Of a stretch of DNA of 64,000 nucleotides, positions 47,085-60,875 are shown in pieces. Numbering within the stretch: position 1 is the first letter of the stretch; every line of letters begins with the position of its first letter. The notes below the pieces were generated by a model, which searched no databases, was not told the DNA's origin, and saw only the letters and a list, made by a program, of their open reading frames with translations. This DNA comes from Tubulanus polymorphus (Eukaryota; Animalia; Nemertea). The position numbers and the translations under genes were made by a program. The stretch spans positions 7,006,001 through 7,070,000 of the forward strand of contig NC_134029.1 in NCBI RefSeq assembly GCF_964204645.1. Direction: 5' to 3'.

Positions 47085-47592
47085 TTTTGCTTTCGGATCG
47101 ATTTTATACTAAGAAGCCCTGATCAACGACGACTCTTTGTGACCATATTGCACACATTAAATGCAAATTTTGAGTTCATCTGAAAAAATGAAATAGAAAT
47201 ATACGTAGGTTTCGTCGCTCGGATGTGAATTTCATTTAAAACCACATGTACGCGAGAAAGTAGTTGATATTCGATTCTCGGCAAATTAGCCGCGCAAGGA
47301 TGCGCAATTACACAAATTAAAATCGTCTCGGGAATCGTAATCATCGCTATCAGATTTTCCGATGTATTCAACAAACTATTTCTCCATTTCGTCCGTACTT
47401 ACGATAACAACCGAATAACGTTTCCGTATAGAACTCCTCTCGACTTCATATACCTGGCTGCGTATGAGTAGGACAGCCGATGCGTGGGTATAGAACAGTT
47501 GTGTGAATATATTCAAACACCAGCTTGGTTTGGGTAAGCTCCATGCTACTGAATCGATCTACATTGCGCAAATATCATTTCAGGCAGCCAAT

Positions 47593-47602
47593 TGTGCGCA
47601 CA
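47593..47602. promoter_or_regulatory. Palindromic double metal-response element upstream of the ZIP gene
   Basis: TGTGCGCACA contains TGCRCNC on both strands. A second core, TGCACAC, lies at 47149-47155 in the 5'UTR. Confidence 0.45.
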
Positions 47603-48067
47603 TATTTCTGATTGAAGTATATGTAAATGAATTGATATAGCGACACAATATGAAACTGAACGAAATGCAAATCCTGATTTTAAACGGTATTTTTGACGGC
47701 AACTGAGTCAATCATTTCGTTCACTGACCGAGCCTTGCGTGTTCTCGCTTTGTCTAGCCACACGTGTTGTTTCGTATCGAGCAAAAAGTTTTCAATTTAT
47801 TTCCGAGATCCAGAGCCAATATACACTAACGTATTTATGAACAGTCTGCTGCAGTTGTCGCATGCACATTAACAATATATATTGTCATAATCCCTCATTT
47901 TCAGCTGTGTTTGACACAATTCCTCCCATTTATAGTCGCTATAGTTGAAACACAGTAAAATAAGGTATTTACAGCGATTGAGTCTAGAATCAGTGTGAGA
48001 TTCATTCGATTTTTCATAATCGAGATTATATTCTATGAAACAACATATTGTAAATTCGAAACTTGTT

Positions 48068-49654
48068 TCAGAATTTGTCTCTCTCAATTGGCGGTGTCTC
48101 TACTATTCTAGCTGCTGTCGTTTCCGAAGGGTTGGGAGCTATTCTGTTGGAGAATCTCCGAAACAACTGCGAATATTGCTCCCTAAATCTGGGCCCACTG
48201 ATGCAGTACAGATAAAAATTCAAGGCGTTGTTACTGTATTGAAGTAGATTTAACAACGGCCACAAAATCGCGTTGGAGTCGAGAATTTGTTCTCTGTTTT
48301 GGCTGTTTTTCACTTCCAAATGCAAATAGTCCTTTCCTTTCTGATAGAAAACGATAACATAAATTGAAATTGGCAATGTTGTGATCATAAAGACGAAATT
48401 TACGGTCACCAACATGGCAGTCATGCTGCTGATTCGTTTTTGTCGATTCGGAACTACTCGGGCGTTTCCGCAACTGGTGCGGCGATGGCTGACCCTGACC
48501 TTGACAATGATCGAAACGTTGCATACGAAGATGATTACAAGCGGGACGAGGGAGTATACTGTCAAATCGATCAACGCCCACGTACGATCTAAGAAAAGTC
48601 GGTTATGCAAGTCCTCCGACCAGCAAAGAGTCTCATTTTTTCTCGTGATTATCAGTTCGACCGTGTGGAAATAGTGGGAGTTCAGAATAAACAACGCGAT
48701 GAACATGGTCACCAACGCGATCACGGCGTTCCGTGTCGTGGTCATCGTTTTAGCGTGAATCGGTGCGCACGTGACTATAAACCGCTCGATCGTAACGGCC
48801 ACTAAAATCCACGACGAACACTGGAGCAGGTAATAAACGAAAAAATGACCAAATTTACAAACCGCTTCCGAAAATGTCCAAATATCGATACCATCGGTCA
48901 GGTAAAATACCCAGTAGCGAGATAGACCAATGTATAAACCCAGAGTATCGAATATTGCCAAGCACGATAGTAACAAATGTGTCGGTACGCGTGGATCATT
49001 CTTCGTCATTACGATTAGGCACGAGACGTTTCCAAACGTGCCTAAAAGTAGCAAAATTGGAATTCCTAACTTCCAAATCAGTTCTCCAACGCTGTCGTAA
49101 TAGTTCGTATCGTCGGGTGGTGGGAATACTCGAATTCTTGAGGCAATATTCCCGTTACCTGGATGAAAAAAGAAGGCGGATTCGTTTTATTCAATTCTAT
49201 CGTTTGTTGTACATTCAGACGTAATGAATTTTGGAATTTATAATGGGTTCTTTATGGAATATACAATACGTCCTATACCGGTCGTCTCTTTTCTATTTGG
49301 AATGGCCGTGTTCTTCGAAAATATTTAAGCTTTAAGAACTATTACTTTCCTTGAAATAGAAATGCTAGCAACCAGGCCAAATTGAAAAAACCTTATCGAA
49401 TTTTGATCCATATTATATTAGAGTAGTGACTCTGATCGAAGATGACGAATCTCCATCAAGCTTAAGTGTGATTTGAAGCGAAGAAATCAAAATTCTAATT
49501 TGAAAATAGTAAACCTATTAATTGGCAGTTCTACTTTACCTTCCAGATTTGCGAGTAGAATATGACGCGCACTTGTAGGTGTTCCATTCGTATATAATCG
49601 AATGATCTGGTCACCACTAGTTGAAACATCGTATACAGCGTCGTATCCGTGCAT
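48068..49654 (-). CDS. Class A GPCR, FMRFamide/peptide-receptor-like orphan
   Basis: Main exon 49158-48068 (GN, LAIFD, ERF, NFYLY). A phase-compatible upstream exon 49654-49540 (MHGYDAV...NGT) supplies the ATG. Confidence 0.88.
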
Positions 49655-52409
49655 TATTTCTCGATTAAAATTTCTCGATATTCAAATTCTTGAATGCGGA
49701 CGAAGTGGTAAAATCGTCTGTCTAGCTTACGGTGTAGCGTGGAAAAATTGTGCACCGCCAATGAACTCCTCATCACTAAATAGTGCATTTATACATTTTT
49801 TTTTCATGTTCTACCTAACGAAGCCATCAAACGTTCATTCCCGCGATACTAAAAGGAAAATAGTATTTTCCACGCAAATGGTCGACGAGTTGACTCTGGT
49901 GACGATAGATTTCTTATCAGTTATTAATGTTTACATAGTTGTTACGTTACGAGAATGTTTATGAGAAATCGAGGAATTTCAGCGGATCTACATTGTAGTT
50001 ATTGGCCATAAAAGTGGGTTGTTTTTGTTATAATAAAATCGGTTTAATCGTAAACACGGTCGGTGTACCCATAACATGACGACCAGAAGTGCATTTTGGT
50101 GGGGGGGGGGGGGGCAGGACCCGAACCCGACGGAAGGCTTATATTATAACAATGATTGCAAAAAGGGCACTTTTCCAAAATTTCTGGGTCCCTGCTTGGT
50201 ACGGCCCTGATTATCAATAAAGATTATTATGGTTGCGTCTTTCGTGATGTTTTTTTTTCGACGAATTACCACTTTTACCACGTCATAGTAAGTCTTACCT
50301 ATCAAATATTGATAATATTGACAAATGCCAACCAGATTAATGGGTTGATAAGTTCATGATAATTTGGAATTGGGACCAAAATATCGAGTGTGAGGACAAT
50401 GTAAATAAACAACTCATCGTACAGTTAGCCAGCCACCCGGGTTAAAGGTAAAAACTAGGTGAAGACGGCAAACTGAAGGATATTAGTATTGAACTTTATT
50501 ATGCCCTGTCATGTAGTCAATTCCGGCTGCACTTTGTTGACCAAATCTGTTCGCGTACCCAGTGACATTGACACGCAACGTAAGGAGTTGGGCATGTACG
50601 CGCGCACGCCCGGAATTGGAGACATTCGAGTCTTCAGGTTTTGTTAGTATCGAGACGTGAGAATTAATAGGGAGGTTTCCAGTTACCAGGCGCCGTTTTT
50701 AGGCGGTCCCGCATTGTTGGACAAATTTTACATTTTTCACATTAAAACCTTTAGCGCGATTAATCGTCGTCCATTTACCTTTTGCTACAAAAATCTAAAT
50801 TGTGTTTAGTTGGCCATCAGAAAATAGAAATTGTCACCTTTCTACCAACACATAACTCCAATAACAAGAAACTAGTTCCATTGAAACTTGTATTTTATTT
50901 TTAATACTGGTTGATTATACGTACACTGTTTCAAATCAGTTAATGATTTTAATCGAAATGATCAAAACGAACTTAGAATCTCGCAAAGAATCATCGTCTT
51001 TCGTTGAAAGATGTAAGAAAAAAACTAGAAAACGTAGTTACACCCACGACATCTATGTATATGATGATCAAATTACAACGACTAGAACATCTATTGACGA
51101 AGCGTATTACAAAATACAAAGTAATCCTTAAATTCATACATCCCATACACAAGCATCATTTAACAAGTGGATTTACGAGCAGAACAGGTGAATCCAAATT
51201 TTTAGGTATATTTTTGCGCTACCAGGAACAAGTTGTTAATGAGTAGTTTATGGTTCATCAAAACGAAAGCATAATAATAAGCCATAGACAGCCTCAACCC
51301 AGGAGAACACGACAGGCGTGCCGAATTGAAACACCGTCTGATAATTAGCGTCCTTGCATAGTAGTCGACCCTACGGTTGTGCTAGATTGTACATTTTACA
51401 TGTTCATGTTGACCCCCACGCGTACCTCCCTAGTTAAACCGGCTATTCGTGCGATTTTTCAATCTTTAACACAAAAATGGTAAAAACACGCTCTAATCAA
51501 TGGGGGTACACCGGCGCCGCTACTGTGACAAACGATGATTCCACACATGGCAGGCGAGGATCCGCCAGGTTCGCTAGTGGTACCCGCTTCAATACCTTTA
51601 AAGATTCAACTCGAATTAACTGTTCTGATTAGTGAATCAATTTCCAGTGAAACTATACCACACACTCATTGGGAACGTCAGGCTTGTTTGACATCAATTC
51701 TATTTGGGAGCCTAACATCCAGTTCAACAAATTGAAAATGAACAAATTTTCGCAATGTATTGTTACGCCATCTAGTATGTGCCAGTGCCCCATTGTATTA
51801 CGTTTTTTTTATAATAACTGCAATCCGTACATGTACAAACCGTCGGGCGAGTTATTAACAATGGCTGCGATGCTACATCTATATTATATATAGTTTTGTT
51901 TGAATTACATTTATACAATAACGTTCCACATCAGTTCGTCATCATTAGAAAATAAGCTGGACTGAAAGTCCCCGAGTAGTTGTCATAAAACATCTTTATA
52001 AAAGATAAAAATAGACCATTTATATATATTAAAGTAGACTTTACACGTCAATCAAAAAAGAACGCGATGCATGCCACACAATTTGGAGCATGCACAAAAG
52101 AAAAATATGATTCGAAGCATCGACGTGATGGAAGCTTTTCTCAATATCTGAACAAATTTCTTCTTGAACTTCGTTCTAGTTCGAATATTCGTCAACAAAT
52201 ATTGGTTAGTCTGAATAGCACACGAATATTACATACTTCATCGCCTAAAACTGCATACGTCAATATGGCATCATCAACATTAAGTTGATTTTCATTATTT
52301 ATTGCCTTTTTCTCTATTTGTTGGTATTTTGTTCCCTGGTTTAATTCCTTCCTTGTTCGCTCTTTTTAAAAATGTTCAGATCTTTGATCTTTCCTTGTTC
52401 TCTGAATAT

Positions 52410-55400
52410 TTACCAGCCGAAAAGGCTTGATTTGCCGCCGGGTGGTTCCTGAACTCGAACTTTAGCTCGACGATCAACGTGGACGTTATCTAAGCCAGTT
52501 CCTAAAACAGAAAACAGGACATTTATAATGACCACGAAAATGACCACGAAAACCCATGGTTCGTATAGCTTTATCGATTCGGACAACAAAAACCTTTTTC
52601 TGATGGATGTTTCAAAATATCTTGTTCACTTTCGGCGTTTGCGTCGCTGTTGTCTCTACTTGGGATTGAAACAGGCATTCTCGTCACCGGAAGTACTTTA
52701 CGCGCGGCCTAAAATTGCAATTGGTAAACGAATGTCCATAAACACAAATCAAAAACACGAAAGCTGTTGCTGAGATTTGCAAGATTGAAATAAGTCCAAA
52801 AGTAGTATTGCAATATCATGTATTGCAGTATTATGTTTTAGTGAATTAGTGAATATTTGTAAGTAGGCAAAATCGATCTCTCAATTAGATATCAACTTAC
52901 CTTGTCTCTAGCAGCAATTTTACTGTAGATTTGTTCATTGTTGGCCGGAGTTTCAATAAATCGACCGGCTCCTTGAGATACGTGGAGCTGTAATGAAATG
53001 TGAATGCTATACACATCTGTATGCTTGTTTATGTGCATGAATTCCTATTACATCAAAGAATTACTACATCGAATATAAGGAACTGACAGCTGCTAGTACA
53101 GAGATATTAGACACACGCAAAATTTAGTATTTTGGCTTCGATTTTTTTCATCAATTTTTTGATAATTTTAACCGTTTTGAACACGTACGTATTGGACTGA
53201 ACAATAATAGTATATAACGATGGTTTAGCAACAATAAATCGTAGAATTAGAAATCTACTACAAATCCTTGTTTCTTTACATCATCTTTAATATATATCAG
53301 GGGAATATAGATTAATATAGTTAAAAGAAACTCTCAGCATATATATAATCACCTCGCCCTCCTCGTATATAACACGTCCTTGACTGACAATTATTATCGG
53401 CCCTCCTTTGCATTTCATTCCTTCGAACATGTTATATTTGACTTTCGACAGCGACTTAGAGACGGATATCTCAGTGACTAGATTCGGATCCCAAATCAAT
53501 AGATCTGCGTCAGAACCGAGAGCGATTCTTCCTTTCTGCGGGTAAATGTTGAATATCTTGGCAGCGTTCGAACTGGTTATAGCTACGAATTGATTCGGTG
53601 TCATTTCACCGGTATTCTGAAATAAAACAAATCGAAAACAAATCGATTACACCAAGTTATCATTAAAAGAGCTCTATAGCGATAAATCAGGGTTAGATTG
53701 CCTCTCGCTGAAGCTCACGCCAACACAAAACCTGTCTGCAAACCTTTTATTGGTCTTTTACATTGCCGGCTGAGTTTTGGGTTGGTGTACAAGCTTCGGC
53801 GGGAGGCAATCAAACCCTGGCGATCGAGGATGCTTGTTACTTACGACACATGTTTCCCACAATACAGACATTCGTTCTTGGACCCCGTGGACACCGTGCG
53901 GAATCTTTCTGAAGTCGTCGTAACCTAAACCACGGTCAACTAGCGAAAATGGGCTATGACCTGATGCGGTAACTTGGATAGATCCACTGAAAAATTATTA
54001 TTTGATTTCATTTATAATATGTACATGTACAGAGAAAAGTTGGTTCAAAAATGATTAAAATCGGCATCAGACGATCTTACGATCCATTTCAAAGATTTCG
54101 ATAAATCGTGTGAATTACCTAGAGAGGAAATTGATTAGATGAGAAGTGGTCGAGGGATCCGGTCTCAGCGGTGGAACCGATACCGTATGCGCAGCCGTTA
54201 TCCAATCGGAACTATAGTAGTTACGTCCACTTCCGCCGGCGAGCGCGCTGACCCACGTCTCACAAAACACTAGCGCACCTATTTTTACAAGTGAGGATAT
54301 GAGAATTATATATCAATATAATGACACAATGTCTTACAAGCGTCCATCCAAATTCCATAACCATACTTGACATCTACGAGTAAAATCCCACGATAAATGT
54401 ATTACTGACTAAAACGTTCACTTAAAATACTAGATACATTTCGGGTGGTTGCTACCACCCTTCTTCAGTCTTACAAGCCTTTTTAGACTGAAGAAGGTTG
54501 GTAGCAACCACCCGAAATATTTCTAGTATTATGAATAAACGTTTTAGTCAGTATTACATTTATTGTGCGATTTTACTGGTCTTATCACGGATATTTCGAT
54601 CTGACTGATTCAACTTGACCTCTGTTGCTGTGTCCTAACATCTGTATTTCAGTTTTTGCGTTTCTGGTTACTAATATTCTGGAATGGGCTTCATATGCAA
54701 TGGTAGGTCATTTTTTTGTTTTGGTTGAATACAAGTAGTATATGTATATAACTATACCTTCTCTACGGGCCGCTGCAACTGCATTCGATGCGGTTTTGCT
54801 GAGTACGCCAATTATGTATAATGGGCAATTCGCTTGTTTTGCTATTGTAACAGCTCGCGTTATTGCTTCGCCTTCATTCTAAAAACATCACCAAAATACG
54901 GTCAATGTGTTTATAAAAATGTTGGATAATCTTGCTAATAGTTTCGAATGATGATGTGTTTTCTGATGAAAAACGATATCGACTTACCTCTTCGGGTCTG
55001 GCCAACAAGTGGCCTTCGGGCCCAGTGATACCTTGGTCTATAAGTTCCTGCGCTTTCTGTAAATACACAAGGAATAGAACTTATGTCATTGAAATGAAAG
55101 TATGTTTTTGATGTATAGGATCAGCTCTCCCACTCCCTGATATTTAGATTAAGAAATATACCAGGCCAACGAGGTCGCCGTTTTCAGCCACTATTTGAAC
55201 CATAGCTCCGTGTTGCTTGCACGTTTTGAATATTCCATAAAGATCGGCATCGGTCATTTGATACATGTCTTTGTACGTCATGAAGCTAACGAACGTATTC
55301 ACCCCTACAAACAGACGAAAATATTGATGTCAAGATCTTTTTGCTAAAACCATCGAGACCAACACGACAGCGGTCCGTCCCGGCGATATAAAGTCTCTGA

Positions 55401-58400
55401 AAAGCATCAGTTGTTCCAGTTTTGTACCTCGCGTTCGGATGAGATTTTCTATATCCACCGGAGTTTCTTCGTTCCACCGTGTGATACCGACACGAAGCAC
55501 ATAGTCACAACATACCTAAAATAGTTCAAACATTTACATTTTCAATACGACCATTCTCAATTTCCATTCTACCTTTCCTTTTTAAATATCTACCTTCTCG
55601 TCAATTTCATTGAGCCATCTATCGTAAACCTGGAGGTATGTCTCCTTCTCGCCCGGCTTTTCCATTATACAATCGACTGCAAACATATTGAAATGAGTTA
55701 AGGGCAACCGCCATAGTGGAAACAATTGAATTCTTTGAAAATATACGGTTTTTCCATAATTACTCAGTTTTGATGTGGGAAAGATCTCGATAGGTGTCGT
55801 TTTTCAAATGTTAATGGGTCATTTTTAACAATAATATAGACTAAACCTAACTGATCAGATATTTAGAGCTGATATCTTAACGTATCATGTGTAAATATTC
55901 TGAAAGGCTGGTTTTATGGAGCCGATTAGCCGCTTTCCTGCGAATGCTCGCTACGCATCGAGATGGAAATCCGTCTGAAATAGATGCCCTTGACGGTTGC
56001 CATGGTAAACGGATTATCGATCCCCAGCCTCAGCACGTTCGTTCGCAGACGGATGATTCATTTCTCATTTACTCTAGCTGCACTTTACAAAGCCTATGAT
56101 TATGTGTATGTTGTATCGGGCCAGACGAATGTATATTATTCATCGGATTCATACATGGAGTCAACTATGTCTAAATGTCACCACTTCTGTCATTACATTA
56201 TGTCATCCTTACTTACTAATGGTGGTTGTTCCGCCAGCCAGGGCGGCTTTGGTCCCGCTGTAAAAATCATCAGCTGTCGTAGCCCCCATCAAGGGACATT
56301 GGAAATGGGTATTTGCATCCACTCCACCTGTAAACGAGAATTATATCCAAAACATGCAAAAATGTTCATGACAAGGACCAGTTAACAGCTGTCAGTTTGT
56401 AGATGAAATAAGCCAAGCTCCGGAAGTATTGGTCCAATCTTACCTGGAATGATAAGCTTTCCTCGAGCATCGATGGTCCGCGTTCCTCCCGGGATAACCA
56501 AATCATGACCTAATTGTCTACGGAATAAAACGAATCTTTCAAATTGAGTTTATTTTTCCAGGTTCATAAACCTATTGCAATGCAATTTGTATGTTATATA
56601 TACGTAGCTTGGATAAAAATAATTGTGTTCATTGGACAACAGAAGGCACATGTTTTAGAACATATCATTTAAATATAAACACAACAGACTTTGTCGCTTT
56701 CAGGTATGTTGCTTTAGTTGTCAGCTATGTCAGAAAAGAATTCAATGCCATTAAACGTATACGACACATGGACTTTTCCTGTAAGAACACGAACTAAATG
56801 TTTTGAAATCAAGCACAATGTGTGCGCACAATATGGAAATTATGATGAATTGAATTCCAGGCGAGTTTTATTTTTCATATCGCGTTTTGACGTATGTCAC
56901 ACCAGGTATTAATGACGTTAATGACGACAAATTAAACCCTGGTTATGATTAGCTTCTAGCAAGGGCTGGTCTTTCAAGAGTGTTTCACCTACACATGTTT
57001 AGTTTATCAAGATGACTTCGTTAAGTTTCTCTACCAGTGGACAATCACCCTGGCGGGAAAGTTTGGCGTAAAATGCAAATATTTTGACGAAAATGTGTAA
57101 TTTGATGTATAAAAATAAGATATCTTTCAAAAGCATTATGTAAGGTTTAGCTACGACCTGCACAATAACAATGATAACGCTTGTTATTAAAACACGTTTA
57201 TCCGTGAAAAATGTGATTAAAGCGCGTATAGAAGAACTAAAATCAAAAGTTGAAGAAATTTGAAGAAAAGCGGTTTAAAAAAACTTTAAATTTTTTTAAA
57301 TTTCAGTCTTCAACAACGACTGTATTGACTTACTTCACGAGGCCATCTTCCATGTAAACATCGGCGTTGAAGGTGCCATCATCATTCACCACTCGACCTC
57401 CCTTGATCAACAATCTCGTCTGGGCACTCTGAAACGGCATCGTGTTGATTAAATCTACAACTTCTTACTCCGCCCTATACGTGTAAACTCTACCGTGGCA
57501 CTTCGCCGTATAAAAGCTGACGATCTAGTTTTTTGGAATATATATTTACTGATTTATGTCCTAAACACATAAAAACACGGTCCCGATTTAGTTGTAGTGT
57601 GCTACGGAAAAACCTGTTTTTACACGGTCATTCGGTTCGAATTTCAAAAAGCAAACTGAAGATCATCTTATATCACAAGAATTAACGCATTCCTTGACTT
57701 TCTTCGGTTTTAATCCTCAAACAATCTTGACCACCGCTAATTCGTAGATTAGTTATAGATTCACGCTCTGTGAACTATTTCTCAACTCCGAATGGACGAT
57801 ATTGCTAATATCGCCTCTATGTAACTCGATAATCAAACCACACTCTTGAAATGAAAATAGGTCGGACGCGGTAAATACTGCAAAACCTCGGAATATATAT
57901 ATCTTGTTTTCTCAACAACCGTCGCCCGACGTCAAAATTCCGTCCGACATATACAATAACATTCGGAGCAGATGAATATTGTGATTCCAACTTTTATCAA
58001 CTTTTTTCTACTTTTCTTCGTTCAGTTTCTACTCGCTATAAACTATCGTGTGAACACCGTCCCAAACACTGACAGTCTGGTATCATCGTGAAAACAATTA
58101 AATAATCCCCGATAACATGTGTGCTTCGTAATAAATAACGCTGGATTTTCGTCCATGAATTTCCACCCTATATCATTGTACGCTAAATTAGTCCCTGGTA
58201 TTTCGATATATGTAAACGTATTCTATTTTTAATAATTTTCGGTAGACAGATGATTGATATGACACACTTCCTGTTACATTAACATTGTGCGCTATGTTTT
58301 ATGCCTAGTGACATCGTTGAAAGGATTTATCAGTTCGGCAAAAACAACCACTGCACGGTTTGGTTTCTCTAATGAGTCAATAGTTTTATGTCCTCTGTTC

Positions 58401-60791
58401 TTAGTTCTAGCTAAAACTTGGCCCAAGTGTATCATTCACCTTCAACGTAACTACCAGTCGGGCTTCCATACAATAATATCAGTTTTGCTGTTTTATTGTT
58501 TTATCTGTTAGACCTTATTAATAGCTGTTTTATTTATATTGCTGGCCAAAGTTAACATTTTTTCTTCTCTCGTGCAATATAATGGAAACTCCTAAAAAAT
58601 AGACTGTGGCAGGCGCCAAGCAACGCTTATCTCTTGCTCAATAGAGAATAAAAGGGAAAAAGAGAAGCGTTTTTATGCGTTCGCTTTCTATTCGATGCTT
58701 TGTGTGTATAATATATAGGAAACTGGCTTCTAAGACCAGGAGCTGCTCTGAGAAGGTGAGTATGTGTTTCTAATAATGTTATAGGCGTTGTTTACAATAT
58801 TTGCAAGTAAAAGGATTGTACGAGCCGCGCTGCGCTAAAGTGTGAGTCAAGATGCAGGTGGATTATATATGAGAAACCACTGCGGGTCTTACAAAAGCAA
58901 CAAAAACTACTCTTATTATTCTAGTGTACTGAAAAATAAGCTCATCGAGTAAATATTGTTACGTGTAGAGCGCCTAGTGTAGACAATCGAGTCTTCAACT
59001 AGTCTATGGTTAGACTTTTTAGATTGCCCTTATTTCAACACACTTGCCGACCGACATGCGCTGAAAAGGCGAACGGTACTTGAAATATCTATTTCTGATA
59101 CATCGAGCGCATGGGAACACTCCAAAAATATATCCGATTCGATTGATTTCCTCTCATTTCATTTTGCGTTCTATGCATTCTATGCGTTCTATGCGTTGTA
59201 ATTGACATCTCGTGAAGATCTACTTTCTTCCTAACATTAGCGAATATGACTCTAATCGTCTGCCTATGCTTCTGACATCTGAATAATGCTTTCGGGCAGA
59301 TTTATAGGGCCCGGGAAAGTCTACGTAGGCTACCGCAAAACTCGATATCTTTTAGTCATCAGTCTGGAGTCCGCGACCGGCGTCCGCGCATACAAAATCT
59401 CCGCCCCGGCATGTTCAAACGCTCATGTGACATCGAAAATCGGACATCATCCCGCGTAGAAAGTACGCCATATCGACTTCAATTGTCTGCAGTGTATTTT
59501 AATGGAAATTTGCTACGATGAGAGGCAGATTGTCTGGCCATTGTTATGAAGTCAGTACGTTGACGGCAATGCGCTACGCTGTGGCGAATACACATGTAGT
59601 ACACAATGTATATGAAATAATTAATGATCAGTGAATAAGACAATTACACGTTGCGTTCAGCGCATGTACTGGGAACATTGACGACAGATGGACCCCGGTC
59701 AATATACAGTTCTATTCACGTTTTTAACCATATGTCACAACGGGAGTCATTATAAATCAAACAGTTCCTGCTATTTTAGTGCTAATATAAGTGTGTTTCG
59801 TGCTAATGAGTTTATCTGGATTGTAGAGCGAACCCTCTCTCATCTTTGGCATCGTATCGATTTTGATTTCGATAGTCAAAGTTGCCCGGCGTGCCAATTC
59901 TCCACAGGATACCACTGAAAATCGCGAACATTTTCTGTGACAAAAACCACAATTCTGATCAAATTTCAAAAAGACGGTTTTGATGTATCTTCGATCTTCA
60001 ACATTTTTGCCCCTTCTATTCAGACATGACAATTGAGCCGGATGTGTGGATGTAATGCACGATAAGGAAATACATGAATGGTCTTTACGGGGAAATCTCA
60101 ATCTCTAAACTCTGATTCATGGGCTACAAATAGTAGTATTCTACAGAACAGGTGTTATTGCGCTCAGAAAACAAGTTTCAACAGTTTTTATTTCTTTATT
60201 AGTTGAAGAAAGCCGCTTTATTTCGGCGATCATTCACGAATCGTCATTTTGCCACCTATGGAATAATGCGTGTCGTACCGGTGTATTAAATAATTCAGCG
60301 CATTGTAGAATAATTCGAAATAACGAACGCTGCGAAAAACAAGTTCAAAGTGATATAAATATGCAAACTCTTTGATGTCGACTTACGCGAATATGCTTTC
60401 ATTTTTCGAAAGAATGCTTTGATAACTATTTTCATTGTTTTCATAGATTACCGAAAAATAATGACCACGGTACGAAACCAAATTGAAACTTAAACCACCA
60501 TTAGAATTAGTGCACCGTAGACTAATAAACAGTAGCCAAAATAGCCAAAATCAAACCGTGTCGATTGGTTGTTGTAAAAGCTACACGACACCACGTCAAC
60601 CCTCAGCCAGTTTCACTCAGCACCCAATGCACTGTTGTATAGTTACAGGCAGTGGTTGATCGATATTTGACAAAACGGTAATTTCTGCATTTAAATAATC
60701 GACCTAAACGAATAATTATGTTACTTACCTGCAAATGTATGGGTACTTTCTTTAATCCAACCGTTGGAATAGTTTGCGCGTGGGCACTCAT
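52410..60791 (-). CDS. CRMP: Dihydropyrimidinase-related protein (CRMP/UNC-33-like), predicted non-catalytic
   Basis: Exons from MSAH...KKVPIHLQ (60791-60729) and [17 protein letters not shown] (57428), via [21 protein letters not shown] and [14 protein letters not shown]...[11 protein letters not shown], to the CRMP-type tail [11 protein letters not shown] (52410). Confidence 0.93.
53688..53819. mobile_element. Fold-back (palindromic) MITE-like element in a CRMP intron
   Basis: CAGGGTTAGATTGCCTCTCGCTGAAGCT pairs with AGCTTCGGCGGGAGGCAATCAAACCCTG, and pairing continues inward (CGCCAACACAAAAC/GTTTTGGGTTGGTG). Confidence 0.75.
54379..54577. mobile_element. About 200-bp palindrome made of two inverted Penelope-like termini, each with a minimal hammerhead motif
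   Basis: Arms of about 90 bp are nearly complementary. Each carries CTGAAGA-A-GG(G/T)TGGT-AGCA-ACCACCC-GAAA-T(A/G)T(T/A)-TCTAG. Confidence 0.75.
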
Positions 60792-60875
60792 GGCGAAAAC
60801 AGTTTATTAACAGAGTCCTTCGTTCGTCGAACAACAGTACTGCTACAACAGTAGTGTATAAAGGGTGTCCCTAGA

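Noticed and set aside
55996-56010. GTTGCCATGGTAAAC, RFX X-box-like
   Set aside because: Imperfect second half-site, deep in an intron and far from any start.
58730-58763. Strong + strand donor AAG|GTGAGT inside CRMP intron 1 (possible antisense 5'UTR exon of the orphan gene)
   Set aside because: A single consensus match is expected by chance; there is no transcript evidence.
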